This document shows, piece by piece, positions 63,842 through 64,000 of a stretch of DNA of 64,000 bases (the first letter of the stretch is position 1; each line of letters opens with the position of its first letter). The translations under genes were made by a program, and so were the position numbers. Origin of the DNA: an uncultured Chloroflexia bacterium. Lineage in GTDB: Bacteria > Chloroflexota > Dehalococcoidia > SZUA-161. The notes below the pieces were generated by a model. It searched no databases. It saw only the letters and a list, made by a program, of their open reading frames with translations, and had not been told where the DNA came from. The stretch lies in the NCBI GenBank assembly GCA_963827295.1, contig CAWHAI010000022.1, positions 2,324-66,323 of the forward strand, read 5' to 3'.

Positions 63842-64000
63842 TCGAGCGCGAAAGAACTCATGCGAGCCAAGACCGGGACCGGGGCGCCCCCAGGACAAGA
63901 GTCTTTAGGCAAGGTGTCACAAGCGCCGCCAACCAAAGCCCCCACCCCGCCGCCATCCGTGGCCGCCGATGCCTTTGTGCAGTTCGCCCCATTTCGCCAT

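Noticed and set aside
63917-64000. Short minus-strand reading frame at the window edge (…GHGWRRGGGFGWRRL*)
   Set aside because: It could be the C-terminus of a gene extending beyond the window or a chance ORF in very GC-rich DNA. There is too little sequence to call.

Overview
About 62 kb of core chromosome from a Chloroflexota, Dehalococcoidia-like bacterium. The assignment rests on my reading of the 16S rRNA gene at ~15862-17359 and on gene order. The last ~1.8 kb of the window is compositionally foreign, mosaic sequence. Gene content is almost entirely housekeeping: thiE; folP-folK-PTPS; ribE-ribBA-ribH; an ECF sigma/anti-sigma pair; dinB behind a consensus promoter and a Gram-positive-type SOS box; an ApgM-like protein next to aspartate kinase; a 16S gene with no 23S/5S; hypA-hypB; seven tRNAs; glgC/glgA; a rubredoxin-cooS (Ni-CODH) pair; the tRNA-tuf-rpmG-secE-nusG-rplKA...rplJL cluster; cysS-ispF-ispD-yacL; fabZ; recA-recX-rny-ymdB; dnaE; an amidase; a PAS-GAF-GGDEF cyclase; and pilT. 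I saw no CRISPR array, transposase, integrase or recognisable defence system. Two points dominate interpretation. (1) I count roughly 30 frame breaks in 22 otherwise well-conserved genes, including tuf, rplL and cysS, several of them at homopolymer runs. I read these as assembly indel errors, not pseudogenisation or recoding. (2) The most unusual biological feature is a thiolase plus an HMG-CoA-synthase-like::DUF35 fusion wedged between rplA and rplJ. By eye this fusion lacks the Glu/Cys/His catalytic residues. The abrupt junctions at ~62.16, ~62.44 and ~62.69 kb truncate genes on both sides and look like a chimeric contig end. All homology calls come from reading the translations, with no database search, and start codons are approximate where noted.
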